DNA of 64,000 nucleotides, taken from Marsupella aquatica (Eukaryota > Plantae > Marchantiophyta). A model generated the notes under the pieces. It made no database searches. It saw only the letters and a list, made by a program, of their open reading frames with translations, and was not told the origin of the DNA. The DNA lies in contig OZ316895.1 of the NCBI GenBank assembly GCA_973895155.1, positions 4,141,659 through 4,205,658 of the forward strand, in the 5' to 3' direction. This document shows positions 36,801 through 50,985 of the stretch, piece by piece; within the stretch, counting starts at the first letter, position 1, and each line of letters begins with the position of its first letter. The translations under genes and the position numbers were made by a program.

Positions 36801-39800
36801 GGGTCCATGTGTTGCTCCCCTTCCTCTACTGCAGTACTGTACATGCGCACGGGGGACAAGAAGTGCCTTTCTTTTTTGGAGAACGCCGTCCTGAAGTTCA
36901 ACCATGCCGGTGAGAAAACTTGTTCGTTGGCTGGTTCTGTTACTAAAGATTGGTGACGTACAACTGGTTTTAACCCTCGGTCGAAAGTTTGTCAGCAGTT
37001 TTCTGACTTCCAGACTCGGACATGTGTGCAGTGCCAACATGCTATCCTCTGGACACCTTTCACAATCTCTGGGTCGTGGATACGCTGGAGCGTTTAGGAA
37101 TTTCTCGTTATTTTGAGGCCGAAATTGAACAAGTGTTACAAACTGTTTACAGGTACAGTTCTAACATATGATACCAGCAAATTGAAGAAAAGAGATCTGG
37201 AGATTGTCAAAAGGCAATGTATTGTACATCAAAATTTTGGTAGAGTGGTTGTTCGTGAGGTTGTTTTGTAATGAATGACAGTCAATAAATACACAAATGT
37301 GGGAGCGGTCCAGTACCATCTCCGATTCTTAACTTGCGATGTGTCTGCAAAGCCCTAAAGTCACAATTGATGTCTTGCAGGCATTGGAGTGATGACAAAG
37401 GTATTTGCTGGGCCAGAGTCCTTAAAGATGTGCCTGATTTGGATGATACATCGATGGCGTTTCGTCTTCTCCGTCAGCATGGATATAACGTATCTGCTGG
37501 TACGCTTTTCTCCTCAGCTCATGAAAACCAGTAGTGCAGGACACACTCATCTCCTATCTGCGAAAATCATGAAGTCTTTGTCGAGATATGAGTACTACCC
37601 CAGCTCGCTCTTCCATTCAAGGTCTGGGTTGTATCAAAATATAGTCACAGAATACGACTTCATCTCATTCAATCTTGTTCTCATGATGCCTTGACAGAGG
37701 GATTCAAGGGATTTCAAAAGGACAAAGGCTTCGCTTGTTTTGCTGTTGGACAAATGGTACAAGGCGTGAGTGACATGTTCAACCTATTTCGAGCATCACA
37801 GACTGCCTACCCTGCGGAAGAAAGACTAGCACAAGCCGAGTCATTTAGCAGAGGTTTCTTAGTCGATGCGTTGACGCAGAACAAGGGGGACGCAGACAAA
37901 TGGTCATTGAAGAAGGATCTTTCAGGAGAGGTATGCACAAATTTCCAATCTAATCCAAACACGGTGAACGCGAAACTCAATTTGATTTCTCTTAACGTTG
38001 ACGTCAAACGTTCCTCGCGAACTAGTTCTGGATTCCAGTAAAATGTAGAAGCTCAGAAAGCCCTCTTGAATGCAATTTAATTTGCAGGTTGAATATACAC
38101 TCAGACACCCTAACCACAAAAGCCTTCAGCGAATGGAAGTCAGACATTACCTGGACAAGTATGGACCGAATGACGCTTGGATTGGGAAAAGCATATACAG
38201 GTGAGAATTTATGCGAAGCGAGAGATCATATGCCGAGGATATGCTCAGATATCAGCTTTCTTGCCTTTCCCTCTTGATAGTTTTGCAATTCTTGAGTCTG
38301 TGATTTGATTCCTTTCACTGTTTTAGCCTACACTCATTGAGTTTACTCCGCTTGGTTTTTATACTACAGACTCCGTCTCGTGAACAACTCCGATTACTTG
38401 AAACTGGCCAAAGTGGACTTCAATCATTGTCAAAGCGTGCACCAGAAAGAGCTTCGTCAAATCCTCAGGTACATTCCTGTCTTTCCCAGTCCGGCAAACT
38501 AGCGTGGCTGTCGCATCAGAACACCTCCCTTAAATTTGTTTTCGTATCCAGCCAACCGCCCACGCCAGTGACCGCAGTCGTCCATTTTGGACATATGATT
38601 ATACTTATCTGAGAAATAGATCTGCACCGAGTATCTACGCATGCTATGAACTTGTTATGTTCTGAGAATATTGGATTTGAACGTGTTTCGTAACTTTCAG
38701 GTGGATAAGCAACTCCGGGCTTGCAGACAGCTCAAATATTCGAGAGAGAATTGTAATGCTCTACGCTACATTCTCAGCAGAAATTTGGGAACCGGAATTC
38801 TCTGCGGTAAGAATTGCTGCAGGAAAGTCCATGTTTATTGCATTGGCGCTGCATCAGCTATTCGACCAGCAGTCATCGTTGACAGACCTTCGGCAGCTTG
38901 TGGAAGCTATCAAGAGGTAAGAATGGGGTCATCTTTTATCTTCTGGTGGCATGTTTCAGAGATCTAGATACTTTTGATTTCCTGTGTTGTGTTGAAGCTG
39001 CTTGTCGAGACCTTTGTCACCATTATTGATCGAGGCTTCGTTTGTGGTGTACCTTTACAGATGGGACCCGAGCATTGTGCACGAGCTCCCAGAGAAGTTC
39101 AGCTCGTGTTTCATGGTGTTATACAACACCGTCAATGATACCGCCGCAGACAAATCAACTGACCGAAATGATCTTATTGGGCAGCTGATGCACATCGTGA
39201 GTGCTCTGGTTTGCCTTCTTAGACTCGAAGCTGGGAATTCCAGTTGCTAGCGCTTGATGAGAAATGCAGTTTGGGAGTTTGATGAGCATGGAAATCTACC
39301 TTGATTTTCGCTGTTCGATTGTTCGGCTCAATCGGCACCCTGTTGTTAGGACTACACAGTTCCTTTGAAATCCTTCTGGTCGGGCTTATTTTTTCAAATC
39401 TCATCCAACAGTCCTGATTAAAACGAATCCAAAACCAGAAGTTCGTGATATTTTATCACCAAACAATAGTGGAAACTCCATTCGATATGATTACTGAACT
39501 GACATTTTTTGTATGATTGTGCTTGCTGTACAGTGGGAGAGGCTGCTGTCTTCGTTTCTATTGGAAGCAGAGTGGCGAGCTCAGAGAAGCGTGGGAGCCA
39601 CGGACGACGACCTCAAGATGGCGAGTACGACCAGTGGATTGGTAGCCATTGTGTTCAGCTCAATTCTCATGAGTGGTGAGATCAAGAATCCAGACTTCCT
39701 TACGTGGATGGAGAAGGACTCCACCCTTTTGAGAACTACGTCAGAAGCAGTGGGACTCGCGCAAGGCTTCGTTTACCCAAAGGATGCAACCGCCTTACAA

Positions 39801-40004
39801 GGCGAAGAACCACATCTTAACGTGAGGAAGCAACAAATGACACGGGAGCTTAATTTGCAGCATGGGCAAGTTTCCACCGTCCCTTCCATCGTCAAGAGAG
39901 TATTATTAAGCTTCACCAAGGTTGCCAATTTCTATTATGATAGTCACTTTGAAGAACACTCTTTTGTGGAGCTCCAAAGACTCTGGGTCGGCCGCGTGGA
40001 ATAG
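33811..40004 (+). CDS. Class II diterpene cyclase (CPS-like, gamma-beta-alpha architecture), multi-exon, probably plastid-targeted
   Basis: [36 protein letters not shown] and an intact DLDD (37436-37447). The class I DDxxD is replaced by HQLFD (38852-38866). Core exons run from 35907 to 40004. The 5' exons 33811-33970, 34316-34363 and 35333-35397 are phase-compatible and transit-peptide-like but less certain. Confidence 0.9.
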
Positions 40005-40861
40005 AATTTGTCTACTTAGAGAGGAGACCACTGCGATACTATTTCTCCACTCTTTATGGGACGTGTTGAGGAGCACCCTGGACGACACAAGTTCATCAAC
40101 GGCCCCCATTTTGATGCCGTTTGAGATGACAAGACCCTGATTGACACTGTTAGTCACATTTTTCCATAGATTTAGAAGAGGTAGGAGGACACTCCCGAAG
40201 AGTTTTTTCATTAGCAGTATCCAGTGCGTTGGTCTGCATGGAGTATGATGGAGCTCGCCTCTGAGCAATTTTGCTAGGCCCCAATCGACGGTGTAGATAC
40301 AAATCGCTTACATTTTGACAGATAGTTTAAGCGTGAAAAGGAGACATTTGACAGAGAGTTTTGAGTGGGAAATTGATACTTTTTGACACGGTAGGTTGAG
40401 AGTGAGATTGCCACATTTTGACAGATACATTGAGCGTGAAATTGATACGCTCCTCGAGTTTTGTACAGGCCTGCCCTCATTAGTGGCAGGGACGAGTATA
40501 TCGGATACCGGACACACCAATTTTGTACGCTTGTATCAGAATAACATGAGAACTTGCGTCCCCTGTTTACTGTCAATCCTGCATGATCGTTTTGCTTTTA
40601 GATGTCATCTACTACCATTGGACCATCGCAATATCAATGTTTCTCTAAACGCACGTTCTAGAATTCATCTAATACTTCTTCACCAAGTGGATGGCAACGA
40701 CTCATTGCTAGGTTACTACTGATCCGGGATTTGCCACTTACTGTGCTCCTCTGACCCATCTGGAGGTGGATTGATTCCAATGGTGCACCATCGCAATGTC
40801 AATGTTTCTAGAAACGCAAGAATAGACACAGAAAAACCACTATTCACAACCAAGCAAGCTA

Positions 40862-40947
40862 ATGAACTGTTTTGTCATGAACTTCCATGTTTTGCCATGA
40901 TGTTCCATGTTTTGTCATGAACTTCCATGTTTTGTCATGAACTTCCA
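40862..40947. repeat. 4 x ~20-bp tandem (TGAACTTCCATGTTTTGTCA)
   Basis: Seen directly in the sequence. Confidence 0.8.
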
Positions 40948-41422
40948 GCGCGAGATAATAGCCCGAGAGTGAGGCGGGAATTGATAGTCAATGAAGATGT
41001 GCAAATTTCCTTACTACAGCAAATACCCAAGCTTTGGCTAGGCAGGAGGTGTTGCGGTTGAGAGCTTTCCTAGAGAATGTATATTTGTGTCATTGGCTGC
41101 CATAATGCAACTCAAGAAACTTTATGGTATACAAACGCTGAATCTAATCCTTGGATAGGATTAGAATCGATACTTGTCAAAAACAGTGATGTGATGTTTC
41201 TCGGATATTCGAGGTTAATTTAATCTTTCCCTGGAATGAGGTAGATGAGTAGTATCCACATCCTGCTTACGCTTACTCTGTTTGACTTGATTGATGCAAC
41301 AAGGCGACGATTCGCCCGATGTCGGGTCGAATCAGAAATGGATCGCACGCCTTGACTCTAGAAAACGATCATAATGCCTGGACAAGATCATAGCGTTTCT
41401 AGAGACCATTGCTTTGCCAACG

Positions 41423-41426
<4 letters not shown>

Positions 41427-41467
<41 letters not shown>
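41427..41467. repeat. (AG)n microsatellite
   Basis: Uninterrupted AG run of about 40 bp. Confidence 0.95.
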
Positions 41468-41469
<2 letters not shown>

Positions 41470-42792
41470 TCTGCATCTGTTTCTATCACTGAGATAAGAT
41501 ATCTCTCAGCTCACATTCTCAGAGATCTTGATAGGTTTCTAAATGCTCTCTCTGAATTTTGCCTCTGGAAGACTTTACTAGTAGCGCATCTGTGTCAAGC
41601 TCTACAGGGTACATTAGATTCTAGCAGAATTCAGAACTTTCTAAATGTGCAGTACCCTAGATCCAGGATCTGCTCCCCATAGTCTCCAGTGATCCACGCA
41701 TGAGCTTATAAACTTCACAAAGACTAGAACTAAAGCACATGTCACGGACTGGCACTAGCACCTAAACCTTCTTCAACTTGAAAAGTGCTTTTCATGTAAA
41801 AGAAAGAAAACACCTAAACTTGCACACCTCCTGCGTTTTGGGGTTGTTGAAATTCGACATTGCTGCTATAGACTCGAGATGAGACATATTTGGCATGGCC
41901 CAGCTGAGTGCATTCCTTTGCTGACATCCATTAATTCAAGTTGAGCATTCACTAAATAAATGTATTAGGTCATGGCTAATGCTCTTACAGCCAAGACAAA
42001 ATCATTTTGGACTACCAAAATATGTATCCCATAAGGGTGACATGTCCAAAAAAATTAAGCCATAACACTTTGGTTGGGGGAGAACTTTGACACGCCCTAT
42101 TCTCATAACTTTTTTAATTCTCCTTAGTCGTGCCGGGATCAGAGACCAAAAGTTCCACTATATATGGTGTCAACTTTCAGGACATGATAATTACTGGACC
42201 TAGCCTTAGTTAGATCAGTGAGTAGCCTTAGTTACATCATTGAACTGTAAGTTGCAATTTAATCAGTTGTATCGGTATCAGTGGCTTCCAAGAGTTATTT
42301 GCATGTGAAACCTTTCTACTCAGCAAGGCCCGAAAATGACTCAATGGGGCTGAGAGTGAAAAATGTCTCAGTAAGGTTAGCTCAGTGGATCTTTCTCTAC
42401 AAATTTTCTTAGTGAGGTTATTGAATGAAAAAGTGCCTAGGTAAGGTCAAAAAATTCAACTTGGCAAGGTTGCATAGTGTCAGTTACCTTCCAACTTGGC
42501 AAGGCTGCTGATAGAAAACAGCTTACTGTAGAAATGATGTTCGAGTGCAATGAGGCTACTGAAATACACTGATATGGGTCTTATAACTGATGGGGTACCT
42601 CCTTGACTTGTACATTCCACCTAATTGTTTGAAAGACTACCCAGGTTATTTTTTCTTATTCACATTTCTTGGAATATATTTTCCATTTAATGTCCTTAGA
42701 AAGGGGAGGCTGACCATTATTTATTCTTTTTCATATCATGCATCATATATGGGTTTTCAATTAACCCTCGGTTGTGCTATTTGTAGTGAGTC

Positions 42793-45700
42793 TTAAGGAG
42801 CTGCAAGAGCAATCAGGAAGTAATCATATGGTACGGCCCAATCTTCTTTGAACAGTAGATCTCCTACCATTTTTATTATGTCAAGACGAGGATCAAGTTT
42901 TCTTTGCCATCCCTGCAAGCAGAACAAAAAATGCAATTTAGCCATCCTCTTTTCCAAGAGTTTACTCTTAATATATATCATATTCACTGTAAAACACTCA
43001 TTGACAACTGATTTCATGAAAACTTGATGGTCTCACTCTCGGTCTCACTATATAAAGCTCCCCGCGTCACAAGCTGCAACATTTTTAGATCTTGTGCTAG
43101 TCCCTCTATGAAATTGAAATATTTCAAGAATTGGTTTTGGAAACCCCATGTTTCTTGTAAGTCTTAAAACTAAGTGGCTTTGAAAGATCCCTGATGTTCT
43201 TACAAATCAATTCTTATGTTTTCCCTTAGAACCAATAAAATGACCTTATGTTTTAATTTGTTTGGGGTTTGTTGCATGTGATGTGACTGTCATTTCCATT
43301 GAAGTGAGACCCCAATAATGAAAAACTAGCATCTCCCCCAAAAACAAGGATATGACCTGGCTTGTATTCAAAGAGTTAGCCCAGCCCTTCTGTTTAGAGG
43401 AAGAAGTAGCTTCAAGGCAGACAGTGTGAAGCAACAACCAGGCATCCAAAAACTCAACAAAGCCACTTGCTACAAGAGCCACAATTTGGTGCCTAGGAAA
43501 GCTACAGATCGAGAGCTTGTAAAACGAAGGGAAAGTTCTAATGAAAGGGGAAAAGTGACCATTTGTACATAATTCAAAGAAACAACTTGGTTCCCAAAAC
43601 ACTTAGGTACGTACTAATCCGACATTTTTGAGCCCCATCACTTCAATCAATTGAACTTTTTTCAGCCAATGAAAGCCTTTTAGATCATTATTTTAATTTC
43701 ATTTAAGCTTGAAGACAATATTTTGAAGATATGAAACTCTAGTTTTGAGATGAAGAAGGGCTCACTAACCTCCAAAACCAATGTAGTCACCATGACTGTG
43801 CAGACATCCCCATCCATGTGGACTCTATGCTTTCGAACTTGATCGAACAATTGATTCATGCATTCTCCTGTATTTTGAGGGGTTCGTCTTTGCTTCAAAT
43901 ATTCTTTAAAGTTTGCATCTACGTCCCTTGTAAAACCCTGAATCATGAGGTTAATTTGCTATTAGTTATAATGGCAAGAGACCGCCATCGCATTGAAAGC
44001 AGTTTGGGTTTCAGCAATTATTTAAAATTATATAAATTAACTTGCATATAAAAGTTTGGAGTTACCTCAGGATTTGGGCAGGTTTGATCTTTTGAGAACA
44101 TTAGAGTTGCTTTTGCAACCTTCACTCCATCTTTTTCTGCTATCCCCTACAGGTTCACCTTTTATGAAGTATGTCTTAAGAGTTGCAAGAGGGTAGTCTG
44201 ATACCCTTTGGCACCCTGTTTGGGCACACAGCCTAATGTACAAACAAACACAGCCAAAGCAAAAGATGACCTATAATATGATTAAATATTGACTCGCAAT
44301 TTTTAGTAACATGTTGGGTCAAGAATCAAACTCAATGAGCAAAAATCCCCAGATATTGTTCACCTTAAATAGCTGAAGTAAAATGTCTCGATGCCGTTGT
44401 TGCAATTCAGCAGTCATGCCAACATCTAGAAGTACAACATTGGGGCGATTACCAGTAAAGCGTACATAAATATTTCCTGGATGTAAATCTCCATGAATAA
44501 AGTTATCCCTCTGTACCCAAGAAAGCCTTAGTTCAAAATGTGTTTCCTGTAATATGACAAGCTTGCATTTTGAGTTTCCGGTTTTATGAACATGATTCCC
44601 TCTTTTCTTTTGAATCATGTTGTTCATATTTCAGTTCTTAGGAAGTTCTGCAATTCTGACAATGCATTGTCAAGCTGATTTAAACATAGGAGCAAGCCAC
44701 ACCCTGTCATGCTTTCTCTGATAACTGTTTCCATCAACTTTAGCTATTTGTTGTCAATGTCTTGCTTCAGGGCTAGTTAGAGATACCAGCAACATCTTCA
44801 ACAGTGCACTACTGCCTATATAGGCAAGTTGAGAATGGGTTCTTGTCAAGTTTTTTGCCACCTCAACAAAATTTGCTATGCTTTGCCCTTCTTCATATGT
44901 CTGTGTGTGCACCCACCCAATCGACAGAGACAATATCTTCTTCATCAGGACCAATGTTTTCTATTTGTTCAAGCCAACTGAAGGAAAACAGTTGAAAGAT
45001 TCCTGTTAACTAAATTTACTCTGTTTGAAGTTTGAACATAGCTTGGTAGGGGTTGCCATAAATTCATAATAAAATATACCAAACAAAATATAAACAAAAT
45101 CTGTGAACTTTATGCACAAAGCACAACTTTAATTACTTCCAGAGTCTAAAACCTCGGGGGGTTAACTTAGTGTATATTTTGGGGTACCACGTGCGATCCT
45201 AGCCTAATATAAACACACCTATTTTATAATGGGAATATTCCAAAAACATTCTCTATTTTCAATATTAATGACCTATTTTACTTTATAAAAGGTATATATT
45301 AGAGAATATTCTATAAATATTGGTCTATAATACCTTCTTTTGCTTCCTACGCTTTTTAAAAATTTAGCTAATTTCTATGAAAAATACCTATTTTGGATCG
45401 CACGTGGTTCCTAAGATTTTTGATAGTCAACCCGCCGAGTCTAAAACACAACTTCGAAAACAAGTTCATCTTATTTTGATGAATTCTTTAATTGGCATTT
45501 TACATGTACCTCCACCAAAACTGAAGGATGAACGAATGGGTAGATAGGTGCTGGAAAAGCAATGTTGTGTATCTTGCGAAAGTTGTAAGTGAACCGCAAC
45601 AAATGAGCTGCTTCCAACGTCAGGTCAACCTATCATCATGATAAACATAAAAGGCTTTAGGGGGTTGTACTTAACCCGGTAATTGGACTCTCTTTAGCTA

Positions 45701-48700
45701 CTGTCATGCATAGTTCATACCCTGTTGGGATCCGTACATTATAACCATTCACTACTGAAGTCAACTTTAACTTTAGTAAGAGAGGGAGCAAGAGGATGAT
45801 TAGGTTTCAATTTGTTCACAAAGATTGAATGATAGAGAATATCCTAATTCTAAATCATACTTGCTTTGTCATGAATGAAGCAAATTGTTGCACTGTTTTG
45901 TCCAGCTGCAAGTGCTGTAGCCCTGGCATGATGGTTGATAAATGAGCTAGCCATTTGATAATCACAAAATCTCTCTGGATAATTGTGCTTACACCAGGAT
46001 GTCGAACCTTAATAACAACACATCCCAGTTCTCTAGTAAACAAGCTGATGTACATCATTGAGACAAATGTTTTTTAAGATAAATTCCTTAAGAAAACACA
46101 ATTGCTTGCATCCCCATAGAAAGAAAAACTTGGACGCTTATTATATGTTTGGACAGTAAGCTTGCACCTTTACAGCAACATATTTTGGTGTCTTCTTGGC
46201 GTTGTCTTTTTGGCCCTTCAACACAGCTCTATGCACCTACCACATTACAAGTACTTGTTAGAAAACAGTAATTCAGGTGACTGAGATAAAAATGGTTACA
46301 TTGTTTCCTGTGTGTACATGGTGTATACCTGGGCAATGCTACCGGATGCAATAGGATCTTCTGAAAACTCCTCAAAAATGTCTTCAAGTTTAGCTTCAAA
46401 AGCCTTTTCACAAATTTTTCTGGTTTGCTGAAAGCTATGGGAAGGTGCCTGCTTCAAAGGAAGAAATAATAAATTGTAGAATTGAACATATATAATGACT
46501 TTGCAGTAGTTACTTGATACTTAAGAAACCTATGCCCCTTGGGTCCCATGGGGCTCTTGCCCCTTTAGGGAGGGGGCAATCCTATGGGCAGTTCAATGTT
46601 TATCTCAAAAATACTTTTGAATTTAAACTGCAAGAAAGCCTAGTAACCTTAACGTGTAGCAATACAGCTCAAATCTCATGTAACTCATTCTAAAACAGCC
46701 AGCCATGATTGCCATATGTGTAAAACCTGCATATGTAGTTTTGAAAGGGATTCACAAACATCTTGTTCAAAAACATCTGGACGAGTTGCAGCCCATTGCC
46801 CCCACTTTATGAAGGCAGGACCTAACCAGCAGAAATGAAAGTGGTCAAGTGTTATCATCAAATGCTCTTAATATTTGTAATTCAACATCAAGCATATTAG
46901 GGTGGATCCCAAACAAGTCTTATGTTTTGTTTTGGAGGTTTATGTCCAGTAGCACTAAAGCTGGCCCCAATTTGGCATTGTTAGGTATCATAGGTAGAGA
47001 GTCTGAGTGTCTTCTCAGCTACTAATATACAGCATTGAAAAGTTACAATAATCACCAAAGCCCAACTTGTCTAAACAAAACAATATAGTTGTGGAAACTT
47101 GTGGCCTCACAAAATGATTGGATGGTAACAGAGTTGCTACTAGAAAGAGTAAGAGAGATAGGATATCACATCATAATGCATGGCACCAAGCTGGCATGAT
47201 GAACAACAGGCACCACCTCCCATTGTTTTCTCATGGCCCTCATATATAATTTTTCCCGCCAAGGATTGAATGTGAAATAATCAATAAGATCATTCCAAGA
47301 AAAGATGATTATGCTGAATACAATTAATAAGTAAAGACAAAATCCCAAAGAAATCATAAAGGGTGTTGCTGTAGTTAACTCCATATTCCCGTGCAAGTAC
47401 CTGTGTTTGTTACTATCATAGGGATATAACAAAAGCCCCTTATTTTTTTTAGATCCAGCTGATTTAACGGAAACTCATTTCTAAAGATTTTCTTTCAGTG
47501 TGAAAGGTTGATTAATGTGTAGAAACGAATAACAGCCAGAACTAAGTTTATATGCACAAAAGTGTTTGCCTGCATGTTCTAGCGTTGACAAAAGCATATC
47601 AAGCCAATATAATCGTAAATGGTCCCCAAAATAATCCGCCAGGGGTCCAATGATGAGGCATGGTGCGAAAAGGCCAAGAAGGTAGATTGCCCTCAACACC
47701 AAGGAAATTGACTCAACTGTCTTTGTCATGCAAAAGAAGTCACCAAACCATGTGCTGCATTAGTTAAGACCAGACACTTTGGGTTTTCTCCCCCAAAACT
47801 GTACACTCTTGAAAAAATGCAGCCAAATTACTTGCAATTACACTCTAGTGAAATGTGATAGATTTTAAACTGTAATCTCTTCACTAAGATGAGAAATAAC
47901 ATGCAAGAAGTCTTGTGGAGACAAGCAAGACAGTTTCATTATGCTGGTAAGAACTGAAACAAATGATTTTAGAGCTTTAGCCTGTGAAATGTTTGAGGTA
48001 TTCACCTTCCAAAAAAGAATGATTGATTGGCCACAGAGAGAATGATATCGGCTGTTCAAACTATTTAAAATAAGCTGTTCATCCCAATCCTCGGAAATTG
48101 GCATAGATTTGGCAACCAGCTGCAAATACGTTCCGTCCAAGACCAACCCTAATGATTTCATGATAGCCTGTATCACAACTCAAGTAGTTTGAGGAAATTT
48201 GCTTCATTAGCCAAATATTAGCTGATATAAGGGTTCACCATTGAGAATGCTAGAACCAACATTAAATCAAACCAACATGGCATGTAGAAACGTACCTGAC
48301 CTTTGAAGTCATCTAGAGTTAAAAGAATTGCAGGTCTCCAAGGCAGTATAAGTTTCTTTCCATGCTTGGAGATCTCATACAGGTTCAGTTTCCAAGAAGA
48401 CCTAAAACAGCCAACTAACTTCAGTCTCTCCTGAATAGTTTCTTGGGACTTGAATGAGAAATCTCCAGCTGAGTTTCTCCATTGACAAGACTGTGATATG
48501 GCAGTCATAATGCGACGACTCCCTTGAAGCAAAATCCTGAGAATGTTCCAATTGATACAAGTTTCTCCACAACTGTCCAGAACAAGTGGATGAGCATGGC
48601 TCATGACTGCAGACTTAGGGTGGCTGTAGATGACTAGTCTACATCTGGAGTGCAAAAATTGTCCTTCGTTTTTCTCCACAGTAAAATTTGCATTTGACAA

Positions 48701-48757
48701 CCATTTTTTGGGAAGGAGATTCTTGCACTTCACTTTGATCATAGATATGAAGCTCAT
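42793..48757 (-). CDS. ABC1/UbiB atypical protein kinase (ADCK2/Cqd1-like, probably mitochondrial), multi-exon
   Basis: GPAFIKWGQWAATRPDVF (~46820-46770), VAVK|VRHPGV, DNFIHGDLHPGNI, LLDVGMTAEL and LVLE|GWQRKLDP, with GT-AG introns. The 5' exons are uncertain. Confidence 0.88.
43023..43316. mobile_element. Old MITE family A copy in the last ABC1 kinase intron
   Basis: Colinear body. Degenerate 8-bp TSD CATGAAAA/AATGAAAA. Confidence 0.75.
45153..45439. mobile_element. MITE family B (termini related to family A) in an ABC1 kinase intron
   Basis: TIRs CTCGGGGGGTTAACT / AGTCAACCCGCCGAG. Perfect 8-bp TSD TCTAAAAC (45145-45152, 45440-45447). Confidence 0.9.
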
Positions 48758-49376
48758 TCTTGATAGTGTTCAGGAAACCTAAACAGTTGTCCACAGACTA
48801 ATATAGTTAGTCGAGATTGATGGTATGCAAGAATTTCACAAATCAAATTTTGCTTAACCTTGACAGTACAGTGAATGCGTAACTCGTCCAGCTAGTGCAC
48901 ATTTCTTTTTTCCACACACGAGAAGTCTAATGGCACTTTTGATGATCAGGGATCAAATTCTTGGTATCTAATTAACCACTTACTGTTAGATTGGATTCTG
49001 AAGAATGATTTAAACCATAATTCTAATCATATTGAAACTCCAAGCTAGACATATATTGTCTGTCACGGTGGTATACCAGGACTAGAGATAAACGCTCATT
49101 AATTGTCACCTCAAATGATATTTGGGTTGATATTAATGTCTCCAATGCACTCCAGTTGGCAGAGATGATGCAACTTGGGCACTTGGCCCAAAATTTCAAG
49201 CCATGCATAGAACTCTAGGAGTATGCACCACTGCAAAGATGAACAGTCCATATTGTCACAATGAATCTACCAGAAAAAGGAATGATTTTGTCATGGCATT
49301 TTATACATTCAACTCCCATAAAAGGAGTCTAGACTGAAGAGACTAAGGGAACAAAGCTTTATATTATGGGCTACTA

Positions 49377-49781
49377 CCGTCTTCCACCCGAACACAATGC
49401 CATGGCCTTGTATTCAAATAGTGGGCCATTGGGTGTTCTATTTGAATAGTGTGCCCGGGGCGTTGCATTCGAGTTTTGACTATGTGTTTTCATTTTTTGT
49501 ATTTGCGTGGCGTTATGTTCGAATATTGACATCGTGTTTGAATATTGGCATTGGCATATGATTCTTGAATTTTTTTAGTACGTGTGCTCAATGTAGAAAA
49601 GTTTAGGGTCCAATCTTGAACATAGTGTCCAACTCAAACACACCGCCAATATTTGAACACAAATCCCGGGCGCTGTGTTAAAATGACGGTGTATTTGAAG
49701 AAAAAATACTTTTTCTTATGGAGACCCCAAAAAATCCATTTTTGAACACAACGCCCGGGCATTGTGTTCGGGGGAAGACGG
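49377..49781. mobile_element. Tc1/mariner (pogo-like) MITE
   Basis: TIRs CCGTCTTCC(A)CCCGAACACAATGCC / GGCATTGTGTTCGGGGGAAGACGG flanked by TA on both sides, with internal GAACACAA-type repeats. Confidence 0.85.
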
Positions 49782-50694
49782 TAGGGCATCTCAATGCTTC
49801 ATCGTTATGTGCGATGGGTTTTAGCCATAAAGTATCAGCTGCAACTGCTTAGACAACAGTTTTCTCTAGCCTCTACATTGACTATCATCCTTCTGTACAG
49901 CAAAAAGTGACGAATTAGGAATTTAGCACTCCATAACTTTTGTTGTCCATTACCCTAACCAACATGTTAAGGTACATCTACTTTTGAGATTGAGACCCCC
50001 TAGTACCATGGGATCTTAGTGATAAGCCGAATTAATATATCAAGTTATACGCAAAAGAATGGGGCAAAATGAAGGATGATCACTGTTGTTAAGCCAGGAC
50101 GACAAATGACCATAAATTCTCACAGAGTGACTCATGAAACTCCAAGTTGTCTCATCTGGTTGTCTCATGCTGCTCCAGCAGAATTGCTGGCAACTTAGAG
50201 CAAAGGTTATCCCAGAGTCCTTCTGGTAGTTCAGCTCCTATTTGAATGTTGAGACTCACCCTGGATTCTTGTCAAAATCTGCTCCCCTTGATTTGGCCAA
50301 GTTATGGACAAGTCTATCAAGTTTTGAGACTTGAGACCCCCAAATACTATCCCAGTGACAAGCCAGTTTGCTCAATGCATACTTGGAAAGGTCTGTGAAC
50401 AGGTTGCTCTACAACCCACAAGTACAAGTATGCCTCTTGGGTCTTCCTGGGGTCTTTCCCTTTCCCTCCCTTTATTGGGTTCTTTTGCCTTTGGTATCAT
50501 GTCTCCGGGGTTGGAGTGCCATGTCTTATTATAACCATCATTAGGGTGGATGGTTCTTGGAAAATTAATTTATGACAAACCAGCCGGTCCCACTCTTAGG
50601 TCCTGCCCCCTTGCTTGTTTCCACTCTGTGATAGGAGTGACCTCCAATTTTTGTAGGTGTCAAGTAGCTTGTGTCCTAAAGGGGTGAAACTCTC

Positions 50695-50985
50695 TTTGGG
50701 ATGAGGATTTATGCAAAAGCTGACCTATGAAGCTTGTACATTGATGAAACACACTTTGGGATGAGGATTTGTCCAAAAGTTGACCTGTGAAGCTTGTACA
50801 TTGATGAAACACACTTGGGGATGAGGATTTGTGCAAAAAGCTGACCTATGAAGCTTGTACATTGATGAAACACAATTTGGGACGAGGATTTGTGCAAAAG
50901 CTGACCTATGAAGCTTGTATGTTGATGAAACACAATTTGGGATGAGGATTTGTGCAAAAGCTACCTATGAAGCTTGTACATTGAT
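50695..50985. repeat. Tandem array, ~5 x 60 bp
   Basis: Unit GGGATGAGGATTTGTGCAAAAGCTGACCTATGAAGCTTGTACATTGATGAAACACA. Confidence 0.92.
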
